Positions 29,701-38,408 of a stretch of DNA of 64,000 bases are shown here, one piece after another. The translations under genes and the position numbers were made by a program. The stretch lies in contig CAVSGO010000005.1 of assembly GCA_963727525.1 (NCBI GenBank), positions 256,001 through 320,000 of the forward strand. The letters run 5' to 3'. The stretch comes from an uncultured bacterium (GTDB lineage: Bacteria; Krumholzibacteriota; Krumholzibacteriia; LZORAL124-64-63). A model generated the notes under the pieces. The model saw only the letters and a program-made list of their open reading frames with translations. It ran no database searches and was not told where the DNA came from. Numbering within the stretch: the first letter of the stretch is position 1; every line of letters starts with the position of its first letter.

Positions 29701-29908
29701 GGCGGCAACCGTCGACCTGGCGATCTACGACCTGCAGGGCCGGCGCCTGCGCCAGCTGCTAGCGGGCGGCATACAGGCGTCCGGCACTCACGCCGTGGTT
29801 TTCGACGGCACGGACGACGCGGGCGCGACGCTCGGCGCCGGCGTGTACCTCTGCCGCCTCGCCGCGGACGGCAAGGTCTTCAATCAGAAACTGACGCTTG
29901 TGAAGTGA
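26711..29908 (+). CDS. Large secreted zinc metallopeptidase with repeated beta-sandwich modules and FlgD-like C-terminal domain
   Basis: HEWGHVFGACDE (HExxHxxGxxD); three PPC-like repeats; C-terminal SPNPFNP...GAGVY...TLVK. Confidence 0.8.
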   Translation: MMRRLSILIATAPLAASLAFAPAARAQTLPRVGTIDNATLAHHAAAPALDPGAIAPCRVVALDDASTALDPVTDNDAAHYARGSVLVMLVFVDHAGGTWTVDERNEQAAKVRDSEAFYRQYLPAAGFLTFDHENSASYYYYQPELDYDLNDYADFENWMVTDAAEAIGFTNDDGDGSVIDEMTFWLQGQLGGWNNVIAIFIPADYSFETAEAGWTTSWCKVSPDMSWGTMAHEWGHVFGACDEGGGPAGCNGLSCNDVCMSYYLVDQVPNGNCTSCPGDVPCIMQGYVNVPPCAYTYRNWAWVDADGSGLLDNTIGWDVDAQNTYTIWEMFHNGWLINTNTDWGFVANQRWHSWSAVGVRSRGSSDYAMSVYGDNNRSHHLASDFFSNGIHFVVGDFNHNNLGENHIRLYNLGGAGQYVLSYEAGDQVLYPDGVDRSQSWASTNVVKAFDVPLFAGETIAVQMDIDTPGLDMGMALFRSNGGTYYAPRTSAVWEADDWPAGISEAYTYDVPADDVYGLVVWSNNELAGNFSIKIGPSVQQLAEATPFTSSLDLRLFSFQPNAFSWAVAAARPGASSNLRLSLFDDAAFTDILGTSGAYPNVEFIAADYNPGHTTNDYLRVVRQSGVTAYRTEWEQGDDILGGFYDGDWQANHVAKVWDAHLIGGQAYRVQMYESFLSLLDTGIYLMSSADGDRYVQRSGAAAGSNGLSNLGEWFTYTPTQTDWYGIVAIANDDNAGTYTVGVGPYTVLPQQVPRVFPDEVVWADVGVGSGSWSAVAVRPEVGSTSLIALWDCEDRFLDCFVTSDYSGDHVRTIAIDGHHAVAQTYYARAERTSGLGSQALSFDTASATDIVFDPQHLVQRQAGFVADEVVQAWDLRVVAAPATLRISVAPQDAGVDLGLSVFDSQSGAYFQASTAAIASADGAGPGGSEHVVFDVATNDVYGLVITNRNGAAGDYTIYVEADEGTSTPEATPVSLALLPSSPNPFNPRTTVRYTLPAAATVDLAIYDLQGRRLRQLLAGGIQASGTHAVVFDGTDDAGATLGAGVYLCRLAADGKVFNQKLTLVK

Positions 29909-30063
29909 TGGATTCACCCCGCAGGCGTTCACTCCATCCGGCCCCGGTCGCGCGCGATCGGGGCCGTGCTTCGATTTGCATCACCCCAACCCGTGCACTA
30001 CCGTTCGCGCAACGCGTCCCTGCCGCCGCATGCGCGGCGCGCCCGATCCCCCGCGAGGTCACC

Positions 30064-30591
30064 GTGAGCTACGTCGACTGGGTCCGCGCCCATCCCCTGC
30101 TCTCCGCCGCCGTCCAGTTCGGCGTTCTCGGCACCCTGGGAGAGGTCGTGAGCGCGTGGTTGCGCGCCCGGCGCCCCGCGCTGCCGTGCACCTGGCCGCA
30201 GCTCGCCCTCAAGGTGCTGGCGTGGGCGCTGCTGGGGCTGGTGATCAAGTATGGCTTCGCGCTCATGAAGGGCGGCGCCCGCTCGCTCGTGGATCACGGC
30301 CTCGTGCCGGCGGCGCTGGGGGCGGGTGTGGGCTGGGCGTTCCTCGTGTCGGTGCTCACCAACACCCTCTTCGGGCCGCAGATGATGGCGATGCACCGGG
30401 TGGAGGACAATCTCATCCTCGGCCAGCGCGGGTTCGCGGGCATCCAGCGCGCGTGGAAGACGCTCGTGTGGTTCTGGATCCCGGCCCACACCGTCACCTT
30501 CAGCCTGCCGGTGGACTACCAGATCGGGCTGGCGGCGGTGTGGTCGGTGGCACTGGGGATCATCCTGGGACTGACGAGCCGGCGTCAGTAG
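30064..30591 (+). CDS. Mpv17/PMP22-like membrane protein
   Basis: GTG start with GAGG RBS; 4 TM; WFWIPAHTVTFSLP...GLAAVWSVALG. Confidence 0.65.
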   Translation: MSYVDWVRAHPLLSAAVQFGVLGTLGEVVSAWLRARRPALPCTWPQLALKVLAWALLGLVIKYGFALMKGGARSLVDHGLVPAALGAGVGWAFLVSVLTNTLFGPQMMAMHRVEDNLILGQRGFAGIQRAWKTLVWFWIPAHTVTFSLPVDYQIGLAAVWSVALGIILGLTSRRQ

Positions 30592-30866
30592 CGGCGCCGC
30601 GGCGCCGGGGCGCCCTTGTCGCGGGCCACGTTCACGCGGATCCGGTGCCCGCGCACCTCCGTGCCGTCGAGGTCGTCGACCGCCGGCAGCACGCTGTCCG
30701 CGGACGCCATCGTGACGAAAGCGAACCCGCGCGAACATCCCGCGTCGTCGCGCATGAGCACGACCCGCGCCACCTCCCCGTAGGGAGCGAAGAGCTGGCG
30801 CAGGTCGTCTTCCGTCAGGTCGAGCGGGAGCTTGCCCGCGTAGATCTCGCCCGATCCGCCGTTCAC
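30585..30866 (-). CDS. RRM (RNP-1) RNA-binding protein
   Basis: RNP2-like IYAGKL; RNP1 SRGFAFVTM; RIRVNVAR; GTG start overlapping the upstream stop. Confidence 0.88.
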   Translation of the reverse strand: MNGGSGEIYAGKLPLDLTEDDLRQLFAPYGEVARVVLMRDDAGCSRGFAFVTMASADSVLPAVDDLDGTEVRGHRIRVNVARDKGAPAPRRRY

Positions 30867-31396
30867 GAGATCTTGACGACCACGGGCACGGGGACATCGG
30901 AGGGGCGCAGACAGACCTTGTTGTTGCAAGCCTGGGCGGCGAGGCTCAGATCTAGCGTCACCTCGCCGGTGGCGTTCGCGGGGATCTTGGCCGTCACCTT
31001 CAGTGTCTGCACACCCTCGTGCATCATGACGGCGTCACCCATGAAATCGCCCTTCACCGGATCGGGGTAGACCACGGTGACGTCCTTCACCGGCGATTCC
31101 TCGGTGGGGGTGAGATCGATGCCGATGTAGTAGCTCTCCGGATCCTCGGCGTAGCCATGGGCATAGAGATGCCAGTGCTCGGCGATCGTCACCTTCACGT
31201 CGAAGGTCACCGTGGCGCCGGCCTTGGCCTCGAGCTTCGGCGGCACGGCCACCGCCTTCACGACGTCGGCCGTCGACCGGGGCTTGGCGGGCGCCGCCGC
31301 GGGTTCGTCGCCACCGGCGCAGGCGACACCCGATGCGGCGAGCAACACGATGAGGATGGGGATCAGCCGCATACGGACGATGGTCGAGCGAAGCAT
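30863..31396 (-). CDS. Exported DsbD N-terminal-like domain protein (possible lipoprotein)
   Basis: IAEHWHLY; C-terminal QACNNKVCLRP cysteine pair; possible lipobox GVAC. Confidence 0.8.
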   Translation of the reverse strand: MLRSTIVRMRLIPILIVLLAASGVACAGGDEPAAAPAKPRSTADVVKAVAVPPKLEAKAGATVTFDVKVTIAEHWHLYAHGYAEDPESYYIGIDLTPTEESPVKDVTVVYPDPVKGDFMGDAVMMHEGVQTLKVTAKIPANATGEVTLDLSLAAQACNNKVCLRPSDVPVPVVVKIS

Positions 31397-31430
31397 GGTC
31401 TCTCCTCGGTTCATGTTCGGGTCGGGTTGA

Positions 31431-33104
31431 TCAGGACGTCATCGCGTCCTGCGCATGCAGGATCCGATCGGCCGACCGGCGCAGGACCCGCACCAGCCGC
31501 TCGATGTTCTCGCGTTTCATCCGGCGATTTTCCACGTTCACGCGCAAGGCCACCCGGCCGCCGAGTACCGTGTAGCTGAACCAGGCATCTCCCTCGCGCT
31601 CCACCAGTTCCTGCAGCTGACGGTTGAGCCGGTCGGTCTCGCGCTCGTTGAACCGCGGCTGCCCCTTCGGGTTCCGCGGCACCCAGCGGAAGTTGCAGAT
31701 ACCCAGGGTATTGGGCCCCAGGAGCTCGAAATCACGCTCTCGCCGCAGGATGGCCGCCAGCAGGCGGGCCAGATAGATGTCGTTCTCGACCCAGGCGCCG
31801 AACTGGCGACGGCCGATGAGCTTGAGCGCCATCCACACCTTCAGGGCGTTGAAGCGCCGGCTGCCCTCCACACCATACTGGAAGAAGTTCACCTTGTCGC
31901 CCATGTGGAAGCCGCGCTGGTCGGGGATGATGCGCCGCCCCTGATCATCGTACTCCACCAACTCGCCGTTCTCGCCCGCCTTGACCTTGGCCATGTAGTA
32001 CTCGGGGTGCACGAGGAAGCTCTGCCGCAGGAAATCGCCCTCGCGCACGAGGATGCCGCCGGCCGAGAACGGCATGTAGAACCACTTGTGCGGATCGACG
32101 GTGATCGAGTCGGCCACCTCGATCCCGGCCAGCATGGGTGCGTACCGCTCCGACAGCACGACGGCGCCGCCGTACGCGGCGTCGACGTGGTACCAGCAGT
32201 CGTGCGCCGCGGCGATCCCGGCCAGATCCGCCAGCTTGTCGATACTGCCCGTGTTCGTGGTGCCGGCGATGCCGATGATGCAGCAGGGTCGCAGGCCGGC
32301 CGCCTCGTCCTCGGCGATGGCGGCCGAGAGGGCCTCGAGGTCGATGCGGTAGAGTTCGTCAACCGGGATCTTGCGGAGCTGGGTGCGGCCCAGGCCGAGG
32401 AGGTCGATCGCCTTCACGAAGCTGTAATGTCCCTGGCTCGACACGTAGAACGTGAGCTTCCCGTGGTCGTCGCATGGCGGATCGATGGTGTCGAGCTGCG
32501 AGAGGTTGCGCCCCAGCGCGCGGTTGATGGCCAGCTTCAGCCCCGTGATGTTGGCCAGCGATCCGCCCGACACGAAGGTGCCGAAGCTGCGCTCTCCCAG
32601 ACCGAACGCGTCGCACAGCCAGTGGATCACACGCTTCTCCACCGCCGTGCCCGCCGGCGCGTGCCGCCACGAGGCCACGTTCTGGTTCATCGCCGCAGCG
32701 AGAGCCTCGGCAAAGATCGCGATGGGCAGCGGCGACGGATTCATCATGCCGAAGTAGCGCCGGCTGCCGATGGCCATGGTGTTGGGGAAGACCTTGGTCC
32801 GGCATTCCTGCACGAGGTCGGCGAAGGTACACCCCTCCTCGGGCATGATCTCGGCGAAGAGATCGTCGAGGCCGGCCGGCGACACCGGGCCATACACACG
32901 GCGTCCCTCGAGACCCTTGAGATACTCCACGATGAGGTCGACGACGGCGTTGCCCATCTGCTTGAGCGTCTTGAGGTCATCCGCGAGTTCAGGCCGCGCC
33001 TTGACCTCCTCGGTCAGCGGCTCCTTGGTCGCGTCGGACACCGGTGGCGTCGGTCCGGGGAAGTTCTGCCCCGGGAAGATCGGCCCATCGGGAAAGCTCG
33101 TCAT
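31431..33104 (-). CDS. Group II PLP-dependent amino-acid decarboxylase
   Basis: GTFVSGGSLAN; GTTNTGSID; HVDAAYGG; DPHKW (PLP Lys). Confidence 0.92.
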   Translation of the reverse strand: MTSFPDGPIFPGQNFPGPTPPVSDATKEPLTEEVKARPELADDLKTLKQMGNAVVDLIVEYLKGLEGRRVYGPVSPAGLDDLFAEIMPEEGCTFADLVQECRTKVFPNTMAIGSRRYFGMMNPSPLPIAIFAEALAAAMNQNVASWRHAPAGTAVEKRVIHWLCDAFGLGERSFGTFVSGGSLANITGLKLAINRALGRNLSQLDTIDPPCDDHGKLTFYVSSQGHYSFVKAIDLLGLGRTQLRKIPVDELYRIDLEALSAAIAEDEAAGLRPCCIIGIAGTTNTGSIDKLADLAGIAAAHDCWYHVDAAYGGAVVLSERYAPMLAGIEVADSITVDPHKWFYMPFSAGGILVREGDFLRQSFLVHPEYYMAKVKAGENGELVEYDDQGRRIIPDQRGFHMGDKVNFFQYGVEGSRRFNALKVWMALKLIGRRQFGAWVENDIYLARLLAAILRRERDFELLGPNTLGICNFRWVPRNPKGQPRFNERETDRLNRQLQELVEREGDAWFSYTVLGGRVALRVNVENRRMKRENIERLVRVLRRSADRILHAQDAMTS

Positions 33105-34003
33105 GACATCTCCTCGTCGACCACCGCGGCCGGCGGAAACGCCCCCGTCGCGATGGCCTCCAGGATGGCCGCCGCGCCGCTCACCGCGACCGGATCCGCC
33201 ACGTGGTGGGCCGCGGCCACGACATCGTCGGGTCCGCCGCCCATCGCCACGGCGACGGCCGCCGCGGCGAACATGTCGAGGTCGTTGTAGTTGTCGCCGA
33301 TCGCGACGATGCGCGAGCGAGGAATGCCGTATGCCGTCGCGAGTTCCAGCACGCCGGTCCCCTTGCTGCACGCGTGATGATACACCTCGGCCCAGTAGTA
33401 CTTGTTACGCCCCAGGAGCGAGCGCGTGTTGATCACCCGCACCGCGTCGGGCATCGCCTCGCGCAACGACCTCGTCAGAGGCAGGATGGCGTCGATCGTG
33501 TCGATCGATCCCACCTCGAGCGCCGTGGCCGGCATCTCGGCGAGCAGGTCATCCGTCCAGGTGAGCGCCCCCACCCACTCCTGTCGGTGCTCCAGGTACG
33601 TGGCCAGGATGGGATTCACGTCGCCGCGGTCGGTGAAGAGCACGCCGCCATCCTCATCCACACCGTAGACCATCGGCATGACGCCATGGTCCTGGAAGGC
33701 GCGCACCACGCGCCGCAACTCATCTCCGCCGAGGATGTTGTAGGCGAGCCGCCGGTAGGGCTCGCCGCCGGTCACCACCGCGCCGTTGAGCGTGACCTTG
33801 GGCAGATCCCGGGGATGCCACCCGGTGTGATCGAGCAGACTATCGAGCGAGCGGCCGTTGCGACCGGTGCAGATGGCGACCACGTGCCCCGCCGCACGCA
33901 CGGCCTCCAAGGCGGCCACCTCGCGGTCGCGCAGGTGATCCTCGGCCTCGGTATCGAGCAATGTGCCGTCCATGTCGACGGCCACGAGGAGACGGTCGCT
34001 CAT
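33101..34003 (-). CDS. Cof-type HAD-IIB hydrolase
   Basis: DMDGTLL; CTGR; SKG; GDNYNDLDMF. Confidence 0.92.
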   Translation of the reverse strand: MSDRLLVAVDMDGTLLDTEAEDHLRDREVAALEAVRAAGHVVAICTGRNGRSLDSLLDHTGWHPRDLPKVTLNGAVVTGGEPYRRLAYNILGGDELRRVVRAFQDHGVMPMVYGVDEDGGVLFTDRGDVNPILATYLEHRQEWVGALTWTDDLLAEMPATALEVGSIDTIDAILPLTRSLREAMPDAVRVINTRSLLGRNKYYWAEVYHHACSKGTGVLELATAYGIPRSRIVAIGDNYNDLDMFAAAAVAVAMGGGPDDVVAAAHHVADPVAVSGAAAILEAIATGAFPPAAVVDEEMS

Positions 34004-34023
34004 CGCACCACCTTCCGGCGAGT

Positions 34024-34299
34024 CTAGCCGGTCACGGTGAAGTCGAGATACTGGCCCGTAACGTCCTGCCAGCGTTCGACGCAGCGCTCGACGTGGGCGT
34101 GATCGGGGCCGTGGCGTGCCCACTCGAGCATGGCCTCGGCGGCCTCGCGCGGTCCCTCGACGACGATGCGCACCGTGCCGTCCGGCAGGTTGCAAACCCA
34201 CCCCACGAGCCCGAGGGCCCGGGCCTGCCTCATCGTATGCCAGCGGAATCCCACACCCTGCACGCGGCCGCTCACGGAGATGTCGAGCCTGGTGTCCAT
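34024..34299 (-). CDS. acyP: Acylphosphatase
   Basis: SGRVQGVGFR; GWVCNLPDGTV; 91 aa. Confidence 0.92.
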   Translation of the reverse strand: MDTRLDISVSGRVQGVGFRWHTMRQARALGLVGWVCNLPDGTVRIVVEGPREAAEAMLEWARHGPDHAHVERCVERWQDVTGQYLDFTVTG

Positions 34300-34363
34300 G
34301 CCGCCCCTGCCTCCCAGAAGAATACCGTCTGGCGCGTGATCTTGCCAGGCGGTGGCAGGCCGG

Positions 34364-35218
34364 TCAATACCCCCGCCACGGCAGGGGACCGCGGCCCCGG
34401 GCGGGCGACATCCACGACCGGGTGGCGCGGCTGAGCCCCGCAGCCGCCGGCTGCCCATGGTTGGCGATCTCGTCGGTCTGGAAGTCCAGTTCCCCGAAGA
34501 TGCGCCGGCCGTTGCGTCCAGCGGAGTTGCCGATGCCGAGGAGCCTGTCGCCGTACCAGGCCACGGCGAAGCCCAGCGTCCAGGCATCGTCGGCCACGTC
34601 GCCGAGGAGTGCGTCGAGCCATGCGTCCACGTCGAGAACGAGGAAACCCCGAGTGACCTGGAACACGGTGATGGCGCGCAGCACGGAGTGGCGGGTGGCG
34701 TCGCCCGACGTGATGCGGATGGCGCGGTCGCCCAGGTGCCACTCGTCGAACACGAGGGGGCTGGCGAGCACCAGGGAACCGGGATGGTAGCCCATGATGC
34801 TGTAGGGCATGGAAAAGGAGAAACGCGCGTTGCGCAGCCGGATCACGAGCCGGCGGTCGCTCACCAGATCCTCGTGGTGCGCCGCTTCGGCGGCGGGGAT
34901 GGCCTCGCGCGAGAAGCTGACGAGCGCGTCGAGAGGGAAGTCGGACGGCCTTCCCCAGTCGGCCGCGAAATCGGTGACGTCGGCCGCCGTCCACGTCCCC
35001 AGGGAATCGGCCGCGACGAATCCGAGCACCATGGCGAAGAACGGCTCCTTCACCGCGGCCGCGAGCACCGCGCGCGACGGCACCAGATCGCCCGCACGCC
35101 CGACGTCGGGCACGTGGCGGAATGCCGCGCTGTCGGGCCGCGCCACGGGCGGTGCACCGGAACCGATCTCCGGTACGTTCAGCAGCAAGACGATGGATAT
35201 GATCGCGACGGCGCGCAC
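34364..35218 (-). CDS. Hypothetical exported protein
   Basis: Protein-like ORF; GTG start after an AGGAG RBS; hydrophobic N-terminus. Confidence 0.55.
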   Translation of the reverse strand: MRAVAIISIVLLLNVPEIGSGAPPVARPDSAAFRHVPDVGRAGDLVPSRAVLAAAVKEPFFAMVLGFVAADSLGTWTAADVTDFAADWGRPSDFPLDALVSFSREAIPAAEAAHHEDLVSDRRLVIRLRNARFSFSMPYSIMGYHPGSLVLASPLVFDEWHLGDRAIRITSGDATRHSVLRAITVFQVTRGFLVLDVDAWLDALLGDVADDAWTLGFAVAWYGDRLLGIGNSAGRNGRRIFGELDFQTDEIANHGQPAAAGLSRATRSWMSPARGRGPLPWRGY

Positions 35219-35318
35219 GCCCGCTCCTCGTTCGGGGATCGATTTGCCGAACAGGGTACGCTCGTGAAGGGGAGATCGCGACGTCGGCGGCATGAGAACC
35301 CCCGCACCGGTCCCGCCC

Positions 35319-37334
35319 TCAGCTCACCGCGGCGATGGCCTCGAGGTTGTGGCGCGCATCGTCGTGGTCGGGGTGGCGGGCGAGCACGTCCTCGAGCATG
35401 GCCACGGCCCGACCAGCGTCACCCTGTTGCCACAGGGTCACCGCCAGATCGCTCGCCGCGCGCGGATCCTCGGGCCTGCTGGCGAGCACGGACCTGAAGT
35501 GCCGCTCGGCCTGAGCCAGTCGGCCGCGTGCGAAGAGGTCCTCGCCCATCACGAGCCGGCGCTCCAGGTCCCATGCCGACCATGGCAGGGGATCGAGGCG
35601 GGGCCCGGCCGCCAGCGGCTCGGTGTGCAGAGCGGGCAGGAATCCGTCGGCCAGCAGGACCTCGGGGGGCAGGGCCGCGCCCTGCTCCACACTGTCAGGT
35701 AACCCCCACTTGCGCTTGAAGATGGCGAAGCGGCTCTCGATCTGCGTGGCGTAGTCGATCTTGCCCGCCACGAAGCTGCGGCTGCCGAAGTGGTGCACGA
35801 AGCTGTCTTCCACCATCAGCGCGCGCCAGTCGGCGAGGAAGGCGCGCAGGCAGTAGTCGGTATCCTCATAGTTGCCCTGACCGAAGCCCTCGTCGAGGCC
35901 ACCGATCTCCTCGATCACGCGGCGGCGGATGAGCAGGCAGAAACCGACGGCGCACAGCAGCGGCGTGGTGCGGCCGGCGAAGCGCACGGCGCGGCTGGCC
36001 GCGAAGCGGTCGAGCCCCGTGCAGGTGGGCTGGTCATACCGGACGCGCGCAAGTTTCTGTGCGCCGGAGATGTTGTTGGTCACGGGTCCGAACAACCCGG
36101 CGCGGGGATGGCGCGCGAGCGCGGCCAACAGAGTGTCGAGCCAGCCGGGCGTGACGACGGTGTCGTTGTTCAGCAGCAGCACGTGGTCGCCGCGCGCCGC
36201 GCTGATACCCTGGTTGTTGCCGGCGGCAAAACCGCGGTTCTCGGCGTTGAGGATCACGCGCACGCGGTTCTCGCGCCTTGCCAGGTCCTGCAGCCATTGC
36301 GGCGTCCCGTCGGTACTTCCGTTGTCGACGAAGATCAGCTCGTGCCGGGGATGCGTGTGCACCAGCAACGACGCCGCGCAGCGCTCGGTATACGCGCGCG
36401 CGTTCCAGGTGAGTACCACGATCGAAACCGTGGGAGCCGCACCCGCGCGTGGCGGGCGCGGATCGCGCGCCAGGGGCAACGCATACGTGATGCGCCTCTT
36501 GGTGCTCACGATCTGCCTCTTGCACTCGGAGGCGGCGAGGAACTCCGGCTTGATGACGCCGCGCCACCGCGCGGTGAGCACCTCGCTGTTGTGTCTCACC
36601 TGCCGCCACCGTTCGGGTCCCGACTGTGATTCGAAGTGCCAGACGACGCATGCCGGCTGATACACAAGCCGCCACCCGGCCTGGACCAGCCTGAAGCAGA
36701 GGTCCACGTCCTCGTTGCCGTTCCAGTAGATGGGGTCGAATCCGCCGGCGGCTGCAAAGGCCTCGCGGCGCACCATCAGGCACGCCGCCGTCAATACCTG
36801 GCACTCCCGGGGACGCTGATACGCGGGATCGTTGGCCGACTTCCTGTATCCCCGATGTCGGCCAACCACGTTGACGTGGCCATCCGAGCTCGCGCCCTCG
36901 AACACCCCCGCGCCGGCGTGCTGGATCGTCCCGTCCGGAAAGAGCAGCAGCGCGCCCACCGCGCCAACCGCGGGATCGCGATCGAGCGTATCGACCAGCG
37001 GCTCCAGCCACCGAGGCGTGACGACGGTGTCGTTGTTCAGGAAGAGCAGGTGGCGCCCGCGGGCCACGTCCGCTCCCGCATTGCAACCGCGCGCAAACCC
37101 CAGGTTCTCACCCGGTGCGACCACGCGCAGCTCGCCGGCGGCCTCGCGCGCGCGAAGGTAGGCCGGCGAACCGTCCGTGCTGCCGTTGTCCACCACCACG
37201 ATCTCGGCCATCCCAGCGGGCGTATACTCCGCCAGCGACTCGAGACAGGCCCGCGTGAGGTCGAGCTTGTTGAACGCGGGGATGATGATCGACACGTCCG
37301 GTACGGACGTGGCGGTATTCGTCGGCCTCGTCAC
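35319..37334 (-). CDS. Two-domain GT2 glycosyltransferase with C-terminal TPR
   Basis: Two GT-A domains (VDNGSTDG, FLNNDT / LLNNDT, EDVDLC / EDTDYC); TPR-like tail; GGAGG RBS. Confidence 0.9.
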   Translation of the reverse strand: MTRPTNTATSVPDVSIIIPAFNKLDLTRACLESLAEYTPAGMAEIVVVDNGSTDGSPAYLRAREAAGELRVVAPGENLGFARGCNAGADVARGRHLLFLNNDTVVTPRWLEPLVDTLDRDPAVGAVGALLLFPDGTIQHAGAGVFEGASSDGHVNVVGRHRGYRKSANDPAYQRPRECQVLTAACLMVRREAFAAAGGFDPIYWNGNEDVDLCFRLVQAGWRLVYQPACVVWHFESQSGPERWRQVRHNSEVLTARWRGVIKPEFLAASECKRQIVSTKRRITYALPLARDPRPPRAGAAPTVSIVVLTWNARAYTERCAASLLVHTHPRHELIFVDNGSTDGTPQWLQDLARRENRVRVILNAENRGFAAGNNQGISAARGDHVLLLNNDTVVTPGWLDTLLAALARHPRAGLFGPVTNNISGAQKLARVRYDQPTCTGLDRFAASRAVRFAGRTTPLLCAVGFCLLIRRRVIEEIGGLDEGFGQGNYEDTDYCLRAFLADWRALMVEDSFVHHFGSRSFVAGKIDYATQIESRFAIFKRKWGLPDSVEQGAALPPEVLLADGFLPALHTEPLAAGPRLDPLPWSAWDLERRLVMGEDLFARGRLAQAERHFRSVLASRPEDPRAASDLAVTLWQQGDAGRAVAMLEDVLARHPDHDDARHNLEAIAAVS

Positions 37335-37450
37335 GGGATACCTCCTGACTTCCGCCGCCCCGAGCCAGAACCGTTCCAGACCTCCCACACCGTGGCCCTG
37401 GGCTTGCAAGTCTCCCCTCGAGATACCCGACCCATACCCTGGAGCCCACG

Positions 37451-38401
37451 ATGGCAACGGTCTTTCTGCTCTGCTCGGAACTGTCCGGCAGCAATCTGAT
37501 CACCCGGATGGTCGACAACCATCCGCAGTACTGTACGCCGTCCCCGGCGCACCTGATCCGCCTGCTCGCCCCCTACGAAGCGGCGTATGGCGACCTGACG
37601 CGTGACGATCCCTGGCGCCGGCTGTGTGCCGACACGGCCGACATCCTCGCCACCACCCTTTCCCCGTGGCGCACGACCCCGACCGCCGCCGAGCTGCAAG
37701 CGCGCGTCCCGGATCGCACGTTACCGGCCCTGCTGCGCCACGTGTTCGCCGACGAGGTCGCGGCCCACGGCAAATCGGAACTTTTCGTCGCAGAGAGCCG
37801 CCTATGGCGCGACCTGCCGTACCTGCTGACGGTCTGGCCCGATGCCCGCGCCATCGTCCTGGTACGAGATCCCCGCGACGTGGCCCTCGCCTGGAAGCGC
37901 TCGCCGGTCCACCGCGGCGACGTGGTGCGCGCCGCGCGGGTGTGGCAGCAGGACCAGGCGGCCGGCCTGAGCGTCGTCGGCCATCTGCGCGACGGTCGGC
38001 ACGGTCTCCTGCTCACCTACGAAGATCTCGCCATCGTGCCCGAACTGGAGATGATCCGCCTCTGCCGTTTCCTGGGCGTGGCGTACGATCCGGCCCAGCT
38101 GAGGGGACCGGATGCCGGCGACACCGTGGGCGAATTCCGCGCGGGTCTCTCGCCCTCCGAGGTCGCCCTCGTGGAGCGGATCTGTGCGCAAGAGATGGAG
38201 CAGCTGGATTACGTCCCCGAAACGGCCGACCGGCGTTCATTGACCGAACTCGAGGCCCGGCTCCTGCCGCGCGAGCGCCACGATAAACCCGAATACCGGC
38301 TGCTCCCGGCGAAGGAACGCGCTGCCCGCGCGCGCCGCGAGCTGCTGATTCGCCGCCTCGAGGCCAGCCGCGAGCCGGCAAGCCTGAGCATCGGAAGCTG
38401 A
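37451..38401 (+). CDS. Sulfotransferase-family protein (possibly degenerate PAPS loop)
   Basis: SELSGSNLITRMVDNHP; 3'-PB LVRDPRDVALAW; TYEDL. Confidence 0.8.
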   Translation: MATVFLLCSELSGSNLITRMVDNHPQYCTPSPAHLIRLLAPYEAAYGDLTRDDPWRRLCADTADILATTLSPWRTTPTAAELQARVPDRTLPALLRHVFADEVAAHGKSELFVAESRLWRDLPYLLTVWPDARAIVLVRDPRDVALAWKRSPVHRGDVVRAARVWQQDQAAGLSVVGHLRDGRHGLLLTYEDLAIVPELEMIRLCRFLGVAYDPAQLRGPDAGDTVGEFRAGLSPSEVALVERICAQEMEQLDYVPETADRRSLTELEARLLPRERHDKPEYRLLPAKERAARARRELLIRRLEASREPASLSIGS

Positions 38402-38408
38402 GGCCACC

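Noticed and set aside
34024-34299. Acylphosphatase as part of the BMC pathway
   Set aside because: About 13 kb away, in a different operon, and without an encapsulation peptide.
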